Assembly (NCBI GenBank): GCA_044237845.1
Contig: JBIIEL010000001.1
Span: 86,173 to 150,172, forward strand
Direction: 5' to 3'
Length of the DNA stretch: 64,000 nt
Origin: Rickettsiales bacterium
GTDB lineage: Bacteria > Pseudomonadota > Alphaproteobacteria > Rickettsiales > UBA3002
Below, one piece after another: positions 46,807-54,204 of the stretch. How positions within the stretch are numbered: position 1 is the first letter of the stretch; every line of letters begins with the position of its first letter. The translations under genes and the position numbers were made by a program. Below the pieces are notes generated by a model. It saw only the letters and a program-made list of their open reading frames with translations. It was not told where the DNA came from and did no database searches.

Positions 46807-47553
46807 TCACCCCGCCTTTTGCCAGACGAGGGTGACCCAGTCACCCAGCGTGAGGCGGGAGGTTAGCTCGAGGCTAAGCGATTGATAGGCGCCGCGGATT
46901 TGCGGTTCCTGCCAGAGGAAAATGCCCGAGAGAATGAGCACCCCACCCGGTGCGAGATGGCGCTCGGCATCGCCCGCGAGGGCGAGCAGCGGCGCGGCGA
47001 GGATGTTCATGGTAATGAGATCGAACGGCGCGGCGGCGGTGATGGCCGGGTGGGCAAACCCCTCGGCATGGATAGTATATATTCCTGAAGGGGGTCTTAT
47101 CCCGTTGACTCGTAAACTCGTCCTTTCCGCTTCGCTCCAAGACGCGCCAAGAGGCGCTGACCCCCGCCCTTCGGGCTCACCATGGGAGGCTACGCAAGGT
47201 GCGTCACCCTGTGCATAATCACTTATTTTTATGCCGTTTTCATGGGCATTGATGCGCACTATTTCAATGGCTTGTTTGGAGTTATCCACTGCCACCACGA
47301 AACATTTGAATAGCCGTATTATGGAAAATGCAAGAATGCCCGAACCGCAGCCGATATCGCAGGCGATGCGGGGGCAAAAGAGGGTGGGGTCGATGGATTC
47401 GAGCGCGGCGAGCACCCCCGCCGTGGTGGGGTGCGATCCATCGCCGAAACCATCCGCCCCGGCGGAAAGGGTGAGGGAGTTGTGGGTGTCCATCCGCCCC
47501 TCATAGCAGAGGATGTGGGTGCGATGGAAATTTTCTGTGTAGGCTTCCTCCAT
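46807..47553 (-). CDS. class I SAM-dependent methyltransferase, PrmA (L11 methyltransferase)-like, short form
   Basis: GDGSHPTT and DIGCGSGILA motifs, DLITMNILA. It lacks the usual PrmA N-terminal domain and carries an in-frame insertion of about 45 aa. Confidence 0.7.
   Translation of the reverse strand: MEEAYTENFHRTHILCYEGRMDTHNSLTLSAGADGFGDGSHPTTAGVLAALESIDPTLFCPRIACDIGCGSGILAFSIIRLFKCFVVAVDNSKQAIEIVRINAHENGIKISDYAQGDAPCVASHGEPEGRGSAPLGASWSEAERTSLRVNGIRPPSGIYTIHAEGFAHPAITAAAPFDLITMNILAAPLLALAGDAERHLAPGGVLILSGIFLWQEPQIRGAYQSLSLELTSRLTLGDWVTLVWQKAG
47156..47196. repeat. dispersed in-frame element, copy in the PrmA-like gene (read antisense to the other two copies)
   Basis: GCTGACCCCCGCCCTTCGGGCTCACCATGGGAGGCTACGCA. 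Translated on the minus strand as CVASHGEPEGRGSAP. Confidence 0.75.
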
Positions 47554-47676
47554 CCCGAGCCGCCGCGCATGCGCAGGGGGTGCGGGGGTGGCCCCCGCCT
47601 ATAATTTCCCTGTGGATAGTAATCTTCGCTTAACCTTTGCGGCGTACACTAAGCTTATCCACTAAGGGAGGATGCT

Positions 47677-47811
47677 ATGCAACCACAACCCACGCCGTAC
47701 AACGCCGCCATTCAGGGCGAGCTGTTCGCCAAAGCCCTGCTGCCGCGCCGTCTGCCGGTGCTTAAATCCGGCCCCGAGGATGAGGCCGCCCCCGCACCAA
47801 CGCGGCATTAG
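47677..47811 (+). CDS. possible small protein (44 aa)
   Basis: ATG 47677 is preceded by aagggagga. The frame is strongly GC3-rich (MQPQPTPYNAAIQGELFAKALLPRRLPVLKSGPEDEAAPAPTRH). It is too short for the ORF track. The overlapping listed ORF 47672..47914 is Arg/Pro/Cys-rich and looks out of frame. Confidence 0.3.
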   Translation: MQPQPTPYNAAIQGELFAKALLPRRLPVLKSGPEDEAAPAPTRH

Positions 47812-47848
47812 GGCGCCTGTATTATCGCTCTTCACGGGGCGACCCATC

Positions 47849-47869
47849 AATCTTCACGAAACTGTCACA
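47849..47869 (+). promoter_or_regulatory. TCAC direct-repeat operator, site 4
   Basis: AATCTTCACGAAACTGTCACA, then 21 nt (containing TTGAGG), then TATAGA at 47891..47896. A further TTCAC lies 22 bp upstream at 47831. Confidence 0.6.
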
Positions 47870-47926
47870 TTTCTTGAGGGATTGGTGTGCTATAGAGGCG
47901 CATCACATCGATAAAGGAGCGCCGCT

Positions 47927-49087
47927 ATGGCTGATGAGAAGAAACAATTTACGCAAGAACAGGCGCGGCAATTATATGACGTTGCGCATGTTGTTTCCCC
48001 CGAGAATGAAATGGATACCACCGAGGGATTGGGGATTTATGCGACCGACTGGGTGCGCATTATGGGCGCGGATGCACGCGCTGCTCAATATGAGGGCTGG
48101 CTAGAATCTGGATTTGGCGCGTCGTCGGATCGTGAAGTTTTTGACGAAGCAATTCTGAAAGAAGCGACGGGGCTTGGCCAAATGCAGCTGAAGCGAAAGG
48201 CAGATAAGCTTGAGAACTTTGACCCAAAATCCGCACAGTTATTGCTGACAAAAGGCACTGAGCAGGATGGACTTGTTTTTTTCCACACGAATGATTTTTA
48301 CACAGAGATACAAAAACCAAGGGTGCCATTCAGCATGACCGAGGCACATGAGTTTGCGGCATATCGGGGAGAACAAGGCTGGAACTATAAATTTAGCAAA
48401 GCGCAGTTGATGGTCGATGCTGCTAAAGCGCCGCAGCCATTCGCAACTGAGGACGCACAGTTCTTTTTAGAGAATGCCACCTTACACCAGAAAATAACCG
48501 ATTCGGGTCGATCCCTTACCTACCCATCGGGAGCGGTGGTGGAGATTGATCGCGATGTTTTTTTGCAGCAGTTGGGGTTGCCTGCGAGCACGCAGGATAT
48601 TCCGAATCTGCTCGCAGCAGTGGTGGGCTGCGTGGATGACGAAACATCTCCCCCTGAGAGAGTGACGAGAATATGGAACGGGCAGCAATATTCCGTGAAT
48701 CAGCATAAACAGAAAGTGCTGCTCGACAGAAGCCTGTTGCAGGAACAGGCGGCGGTAATGCCAGAGATATCTGCGCAGGAGAAAACCCTCGCAACGGCAC
48801 TGGCAACCAGCGGCATTCAGGTCGGCGATACATTTGTAGTGCCGCAGGACGCGCTGGTGGAAGCGCTCGATAAGGCAGGGCTTCCCTTTGTGGAGAATTA
48901 TGGGGGTGCGCTGCTTTCCTATGATGACGAAACGAAAAACTTCACCTTCAATGCGGTACGCTTGCGGGAGATTGCCGGGCTACAGATTGATAGCGCGCTG
49001 TTGGATGCCTACAGCATTCAAGAGACAAACACCGTAGGTGCGCCAACGCATCACGCGATCAGCCGGTTTGGCGCAGGTTACGACTAG
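47927..49087 (+). CDS. hypothetical protein (orphan, 386 aa)
   Basis: aaaggag upstream of the ATG. No signal peptide and no recognised motif. Composition looks AT-richer than the backbone. Confidence 0.6.
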   Translation: MADEKKQFTQEQARQLYDVAHVVSPENEMDTTEGLGIYATDWVRIMGADARAAQYEGWLESGFGASSDREVFDEAILKEATGLGQMQLKRKADKLENFDPKSAQLLLTKGTEQDGLVFFHTNDFYTEIQKPRVPFSMTEAHEFAAYRGEQGWNYKFSKAQLMVDAAKAPQPFATEDAQFFLENATLHQKITDSGRSLTYPSGAVVEIDRDVFLQQLGLPASTQDIPNLLAAVVGCVDDETSPPERVTRIWNGQQYSVNQHKQKVLLDRSLLQEQAAVMPEISAQEKTLATALATSGIQVGDTFVVPQDALVEALDKAGLPFVENYGGALLSYDDETKNFTFNAVRLREIAGLQIDSALLDAYSIQETNTVGAPTHHAISRFGAGYD

Positions 49088-49090
49088 AGC

Positions 49091-50077
49091 CTAAGCCGCT
49101 TCTTCGTTCGTTTCGTGGGAGACGAAAGCGTCGTCCCAGGTGCCTTGTGTGGCGGCTTTGGCATATTCGGTCACGCGGTTTTCGAAGAAGTTGGTGTGCT
49201 CCACGCCATTGAGCATATCATCGAGCCATGGCAGCGGGTTTTTCTCGATCTGGTACATCGGCTGCAGGCCAAGCTGGCCGAGGCGGCGGTCGGCGATATA
49301 GCGGATATAGCTTTTCACCTCGTTCGGCGTCAGCCCCTGCACCAGCCCCACGCCGAAGGCGAGGTCGATGAAGGCGTCTTCATGCGTGACAATGGTGTTG
49401 CAGGCGACATAGAGTTTGCTGCGCAGCTCGTCCGTCCAGACTTCGGGGTTTTCGTCGCAGAAGGTTTTGAACAGGCGGATGATCGACTGGCAGTGCAACG
49501 TTTCGTCGCGCGCGCTCCAGGTCACGATTTGCCCCATGCCCTTCATTTTGCCGAAGCGCGGGAAGTTAAGCAGGATCGCGAATGAAGCGAAGAGCTGCAG
49601 CCCCTCCGTAAACGCACCGAACACCGCCATGGTGATGGCGATCTCTTCTTTGCTGTTCACGTTGAACTGCTGCATGTAGTCGTATTTGTCCTTCATTTCC
49701 TTGTATTTCATGAAGGCCTGATACTCGGTCTCCGGCATGCCGATCGTGTCGAGCAGGTGGGAATACGCCGCGATGTGAATCGTCTCCATGTTCGAAAACG
49801 CGCTGAGCATCATCTGCACTTCGGTGGGTTTGAACACCTGCGTGTAGTGCTTCATGTAGCAGTTGTTCACCTCGATATCCGCCTGCGTGAAGAAGCGGAA
49901 AATCTGCGTCAGCAAATTCTTCTCAGCGGGATCGAGGTTCTTTTTCCAGTCGCGCACATCGTCGGCCAACGGCACTTCCTCGGGCAGCCAGTGAATGCGC
50001 TGCTGCATCAGCCACGCGTCATATGCCCACGGGTAGGCGAAGGGTTTGTAGATCGGTTTGGCGTCGAGAAGGGACAT
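49091..50077 (-). CDS. nrdB: ribonucleoside-diphosphate reductase beta subunit
   Basis: Di-iron ligand contexts NMETIHIAAYSHL and SARDETLHCQ. I prefer ATG 50077 (ggag upstream) over the TTG at 50095 used by the ORF track. Confidence 0.9.
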   Translation of the reverse strand: MSLLDAKPIYKPFAYPWAYDAWLMQQRIHWLPEEVPLADDVRDWKKNLDPAEKNLLTQIFRFFTQADIEVNNCYMKHYTQVFKPTEVQMMLSAFSNMETIHIAAYSHLLDTIGMPETEYQAFMKYKEMKDKYDYMQQFNVNSKEEIAITMAVFGAFTEGLQLFASFAILLNFPRFGKMKGMGQIVTWSARDETLHCQSIIRLFKTFCDENPEVWTDELRSKLYVACNTIVTHEDAFIDLAFGVGLVQGLTPNEVKSYIRYIADRRLGQLGLQPMYQIEKNPLPWLDDMLNGVEHTNFFENRVTEYAKAATQGTWDDAFVSHETNEEAA

Positions 50078-50166
50078 GATGCGCTCCGCAGGCAAGGTGT
50101 TTGGGGGGAAATCTAGTGTAATTCGGTCGTCAGTTAAAGTGGTAAAGACGCGTCTTGCACAGTTAT

Positions 50167-50688
50167 CTACTGCGTGGGCTGTGCCCAGGGGTTGACTTTT
50201 CCGGCTTTGGCTTTGAGTGCAGCAGCCTCCTCGGCGATGCGCATTTTTTCAATTTCGCGGTAATGTTTCTCAAGCGACACTTGCTTGCAGCCACCGCGTT
50301 GAATTTTGCTGTCGACATCTGCAACCACGGCTTGCTGCGCATCGACGATATATTTGGCGTAATAATCGACGATGTTTTGCGGTGGTGGCGCGCTGACTTT
50401 GGCAACATAGGCGGTGAAGAAGGAATCGCCATATTCCTTGGTAACGCGAGCGAGGGCTGCTTTCTGGTAAGCGATTTGTTCTTCACCCAGGCTGTATTCT
50501 TCCTCGCAACTTGCATAAAGCATCGCACCCGCAACCAGTGTGATGAATTTTGCCTCAAGCGCCGCAACGGTGGGGTCCGCACGCAGATCATCGATCGAGC
50601 GTACGGCAACGGCGGCTTCTGCCGCCGAAGCAGCGAGAAACAGCGCGGCGCAAGCAAAGCTACGTGCGGCTATTGACAGGCGAGACAT
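50167..50688 (-). CDS. secreted hypothetical protein encoded between nrdA and nrdB
   Basis: Signal peptide MSRLSIAARSFACAALFLAASAAEA. 173 aa. Overlaps the nrdA 3' end by 19 nt. AT-richer than its neighbours. Confidence 0.5.
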   Translation of the reverse strand: MSRLSIAARSFACAALFLAASAAEAAVAVRSIDDLRADPTVAALEAKFITLVAGAMLYASCEEEYSLGEEQIAYQKAALARVTKEYGDSFFTAYVAKVSAPPPQNIVDYYAKYIVDAQQAVVADVDSKIQRGGCKQVSLEKHYREIEKMRIAEEAAALKAKAGKVNPWAQPTQ

Positions 50689-52466
50689 TCTTCGTACGTC
50701 GTCGACTGCTTAGCTTTGAGCGACATCTCGAGCTGGATCTCGGGCACTTTGTTGCTCACTTTATCCGACCGCTGCAGCGATGCCGAGCGGCAGTAGTAAA
50801 GCGACTTCACGCCCTTCTTCCACGCCATGTAATGCAGCATATGCAGGTCGCGCTTGTGAATGTTCGCCGGCAGGAAGAGGTTGATCGAGCTCGCCTGACA
50901 GATGAACGGCGCACGGTCGCCCGAATGCTCGATCACCCAGCGCTGATCCATTTCATACGCGGTTTTGAACACCAGCTTCTCGTTTTCGTCGAGGAAGTCG
51001 AGATGCTGCACCGAGCCTTCAAGCGTGGTGATGGACGACCAGACTTCCGGCGTGTCCTGACCCTTCTCAGCCAGCAGTGCTTTCAGATATTTGTTGCGCA
51101 CGGGGAAAGAACCCGAGAGGGTTTTTTGCGTGAAGACGTTCGCCGCATAGGGCTCAATTCCCGGGCTCGCATTGCCGGTGATGATGGAGATCGAAGCCGT
51201 CGGCGCAATCGCCATTTTGTTGGAGAAACGCTCCATTGCTCCGGCTTCTGCTGCATCCGGACAAGCGCCGCGCTCATGGGCGAGTTTCACCGATGCCGCG
51301 TCCGCTTGCTCACGAATATGGGCGAACATTTTCTTGTTCCAGACCTTCGCCATGACCGATTCAAACGGGATCATTTTCGATTGCAGGTAGGAGTGGAAAC
51401 CCATCACGCCGAGGCCGACGGAACGCTCGCGCATCGCGGAATATTTCGCGCGCTCCATGCTATCCGGCGCGGTGTCGATGAAATCTTGCAGCACGTTGTC
51501 GAGGAAGCGCATGATGTCTTCGATCAGCGTCGGGTGGTTCTTCCACTCGTCGTAATATTCGAGGTTGAGCGAGGACAGGCAGCACACCGCGGTGCGGCTT
51601 TTGCCGAGATGGTCGTAGCCCGTTGGCAGCGTGATCTCGGAGCAGAGATTGCTCATTTTCACGGTGAGGCCGAGCTGCTTGTGATGCTCCGGAATCGCCT
51701 TGTTCACGGTGTCGATGAAGAGGATATAGGGCTCGCCGGTTTCGATGCGGGTGGTGAGCAGCTTCGCCCACAGGTCGCGCGCGCTGACCGTCTCAACCAC
51801 ATGCTTGTCTTTCGGGCTGAGCAGATTCCATTTCTCGTTTTTCTCGACTGCTTGCATGAACGCATCCGTCACCGCCACGCCGTGGTGGAGGTTGAGCGCT
51901 TTGCGGTTGGTGTCACCACCGGTCGGGCGGCGCATGTCGATGAATTCTTCGATCTCGGGGTGCGAGATATCGAGGTAGCAGGCGGATGACCCACGACGCA
52001 GCGAGCCTTGCGAAATCGCGAGTGTCAACGAATCCTGCACGCGGATGAAGGGGATCACGCCCGAGGTTTTGCCGTTGCGGCCGACTTTTTCGCCCAGCGC
52101 ACGCAGGTTGCCCCAGTAGGAACCGATTCCGCCGCCGCGCGACGCGAGCCAGACGTTCTCGTTCCAGAGATCGACAATTCCTTGCAGCGAATCTTCGGTT
52201 TCGTTGAGGAAGCAGGAGATCGGCAAGCCGCGCTTGGTGCCGCCGTTGGATAGAATCGGCGTGGCGGGCATGAACCACATCTGGCTGATATATTCGTAGA
52301 TGCGCTTGGCGTGCGCTTCGTCGTCGCCATAAAAACTCGCAACGCGGGCGAACAGATCCTGGTATTTTTCCTCTGGCAGGAGATAGCGGTCGTCGAGCGT
52401 CGCCTTTCCGAAATCGGTGAGGTATTTATCGCGGCTGTAGTCGACGGTAATGGGTCTGGTCGTCAT
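50670..52466 (-). CDS. nrdA: ribonucleoside-diphosphate reductase alpha subunit (short form)
   Basis: 598 aa. PATPILSNGGT, catalytic NLCSEI, C-terminal redox pair YEECLACQ. Confidence 0.9.
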   Translation of the reverse strand: MTTRPITVDYSRDKYLTDFGKATLDDRYLLPEEKYQDLFARVASFYGDDEAHAKRIYEYISQMWFMPATPILSNGGTKRGLPISCFLNETEDSLQGIVDLWNENVWLASRGGGIGSYWGNLRALGEKVGRNGKTSGVIPFIRVQDSLTLAISQGSLRRGSSACYLDISHPEIEEFIDMRRPTGGDTNRKALNLHHGVAVTDAFMQAVEKNEKWNLLSPKDKHVVETVSARDLWAKLLTTRIETGEPYILFIDTVNKAIPEHHKQLGLTVKMSNLCSEITLPTGYDHLGKSRTAVCCLSSLNLEYYDEWKNHPTLIEDIMRFLDNVLQDFIDTAPDSMERAKYSAMRERSVGLGVMGFHSYLQSKMIPFESVMAKVWNKKMFAHIREQADAASVKLAHERGACPDAAEAGAMERFSNKMAIAPTASISIITGNASPGIEPYAANVFTQKTLSGSFPVRNKYLKALLAEKGQDTPEVWSSITTLEGSVQHLDFLDENEKLVFKTAYEMDQRWVIEHSGDRAPFICQASSINLFLPANIHKRDLHMLHYMAWKKGVKSLYYCRSASLQRSDKVSNKVPEIQLEMSLKAKQSTTYEECLACQ

Positions 52467-52547
52467 GTCTCACACCTTAAAACGTTTTTTGTTTCCTCAG
52501 CCCGATTATGCAATGCTTCTTCAGTTTCGCATCAGGTTCGATCGATT

Positions 52548-52562
52548 ACTACATCTTGTGGT
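52548..52562. promoter_or_regulatory. NrdR-box-like palindrome, proximal
   Basis: ACTACATCTTGTGGT is the exact reverse complement of 52702..52716. In the 16-nt frame CCACAAGATGTAGTAG, 11 of 16 positions fit acaCwAtATaTwGtgt, including the conserved C, A, AT, T and G positions. Confidence 0.45.
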
Positions 52563-52701
52563 CTAACTGTCTAGAGAGAAAATTTTTTAACAGGTGAAAT
52601 TTTTTCGTTGATTATTATTTTATATTTGTTTTTCAGCCTTTTAATTTTCTTGTTCAAGGTGGTATTTCGGCACTAGTGCTTCAAAACCGCGTTTTTTAGC
52701 A

Positions 52702-52716
52702 ACCACAAGATGTAGT
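52702..52716. promoter_or_regulatory. NrdR-box-like palindrome, distal
   Basis: ACCACAAGATGTAGT. Lies 139 bp from the proximal copy, with a very AT-rich stretch between them. Confidence 0.4.
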
Positions 52717-52935
52717 AGGTAAAAATACATCAGTGCGGCATTTTTTTACCACGCCGGGTTAACCCCATGACGCAGCGGGAGGAACAACCTAGCGACCTGC
52801 CGCGTGGGGTCAATCGGGAAATCTCAGGGGATAATAACCTTTGAAACAGGATTAAAATCCAGCGGCTTGTAGTGATTATTCTATTCTCCACACGCCATGC
52901 ACAGACTTATCCACCCCCGCCACCGCGCACCCCGC

Positions 52936-52956
52936 AATTGTCATGGAATTGTCACA
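52936..52956 (+). promoter_or_regulatory. TCAC direct-repeat operator, site 5
   Basis: AATTGTCATGGAATTGTCACA, then 21 nt, then TAATAT at 52978..52983. The ATG at 52990 is 7 nt after the -10, so the mRNA may be leaderless. Confidence 0.55.
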
Positions 52957-52989
52957 CAAAATCAGGCGGTCTCGGGGTAATATGGGGGC

Positions 52990-54108
52990 ATGCAGGATTT
53001 TTACGGGATAGAGCCACCACCGAAAGAAACGCCGCCGCCGCGTCGTCTACACCAAGCGGTCAGGCACATTATCGGCGAGAAGGCGGATGCGCTGCGGGAG
53101 TTGATTGCCAAAACCCGCGCGCCAAAGGCGCTGGCACCGCTGCTGGTGAACAAAGAATATTACGACGACATCGACGCCAAAATGGCGCGCACATGGCGGC
53201 CGACGGTGAAAGATGCGGTCGCCTACATGCGGCAGATGGGTAATAAGACCTATTACGAGCACTGGAAATATCTGGGTGAAGAAGGGCGGCGAGAAAAGTT
53301 CGACGATACTCACATCGGCCATGAAATTTCGCACCTCGCCGGCCATTTCGCACATACGATTCAAGGCGAACATTTCGGCGTCGCCTTTGAAGCGGGGCTC
53401 ACTTACGGCATTTCACGCAGCATACAAGAAAATGCCAGCACGCAGGCACGTAGAGATATTGACGTTAATGTCTCGCGCTGTTTCAGTATTGCTGAGCAGT
53501 GGCAGAAGGGGCCCGCCGAGCGCGCTGTGAAGCGAGATGAGGCGGTTTACTTCGCAGCCGGACTTTATCTGCGTGAGAAAATGGAAATGTTCTTGCAGAC
53601 CGGGATGCTTGACCGCCCCTATCGGGAACAGAAAAAATTCTGCACTGACTATGCGCATCGCAACCATGTGCCGCTAAGGCTTACAAACGGCAAGAATGGT
53701 GGCGAAGTGATGGATATGCTTGCATCCGCCCCCTACGACCTCATCAAGCTCAGCCGCGAGGAGTGGCGGGCGATTACGGCGGTGGCGACCGGGCTCGCGG
53801 AGCCTGAGGACACGCCGTATCCTCAGCGCCTCACCGCCATCAAGCAAGCGCTGGTGCATACGGGGCTGTTCCACGACATGAAGCCGGTGTTTGAAAAAGC
53901 TGCGGAGAATCACGAAGCCAATATCCGCAGCTATAATGCGAAGCTGGAAGAAAAAAACCAAGCTACCCCTGAAGAGGCGCCGCAGAAGCTTGCCGAAGTA
54001 CGCGGGGTGGATAGGGAAATGCACCATGCGGCACGCGCCCGCCGTGACGCGCCAGAGAAATTTACCGATCGGGTGACGACGGGCGAGTCTGTGCCGCAGC
54101 GTTTCTAG
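52990..54108 (+). CDS. hypothetical HExxHxxG protein (putative metallopeptidase-like)
   Basis: 372 aa. THIGHEISHLAGHFAH. No signal peptide. Lys/Glu-rich C-terminal third. Confidence 0.6.
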   Translation: MQDFYGIEPPPKETPPPRRLHQAVRHIIGEKADALRELIAKTRAPKALAPLLVNKEYYDDIDAKMARTWRPTVKDAVAYMRQMGNKTYYEHWKYLGEEGRREKFDDTHIGHEISHLAGHFAHTIQGEHFGVAFEAGLTYGISRSIQENASTQARRDIDVNVSRCFSIAEQWQKGPAERAVKRDEAVYFAAGLYLREKMEMFLQTGMLDRPYREQKKFCTDYAHRNHVPLRLTNGKNGGEVMDMLASAPYDLIKLSREEWRAITAVATGLAEPEDTPYPQRLTAIKQALVHTGLFHDMKPVFEKAAENHEANIRSYNAKLEEKNQATPEEAPQKLAEVRGVDREMHHAARARRDAPEKFTDRVTTGESVPQRF

Positions 54109-54146
54109 TCGCCGGCCGCAACCTTATTTGATACACGCAAAAAGAA

Positions 54147-54172
54147 AAGGCTCGAACCGAAGTTCGAGCCTT
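54147..54172. terminator. bidirectional intrinsic terminator
   Basis: AAGGCTCGAAC-cgaa-GTTCGAGCCTT, flanked by an A-run on the left and TTTCC on the right. Lies between convergent genes. Confidence 0.7.
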
Positions 54173-54204
54173 TCCGTGCTTCCTGCCTACGGGGGGAAGT
54201 TTGA

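Noticed and set aside
47672-47914. 80-aa ORF spanning operator site 4.
   Set aside because: Its Arg/Pro/Cys-rich composition indicates an off-frame read. It overlaps the promoter of the 386-aa gene, and a better short frame exists at 47677.
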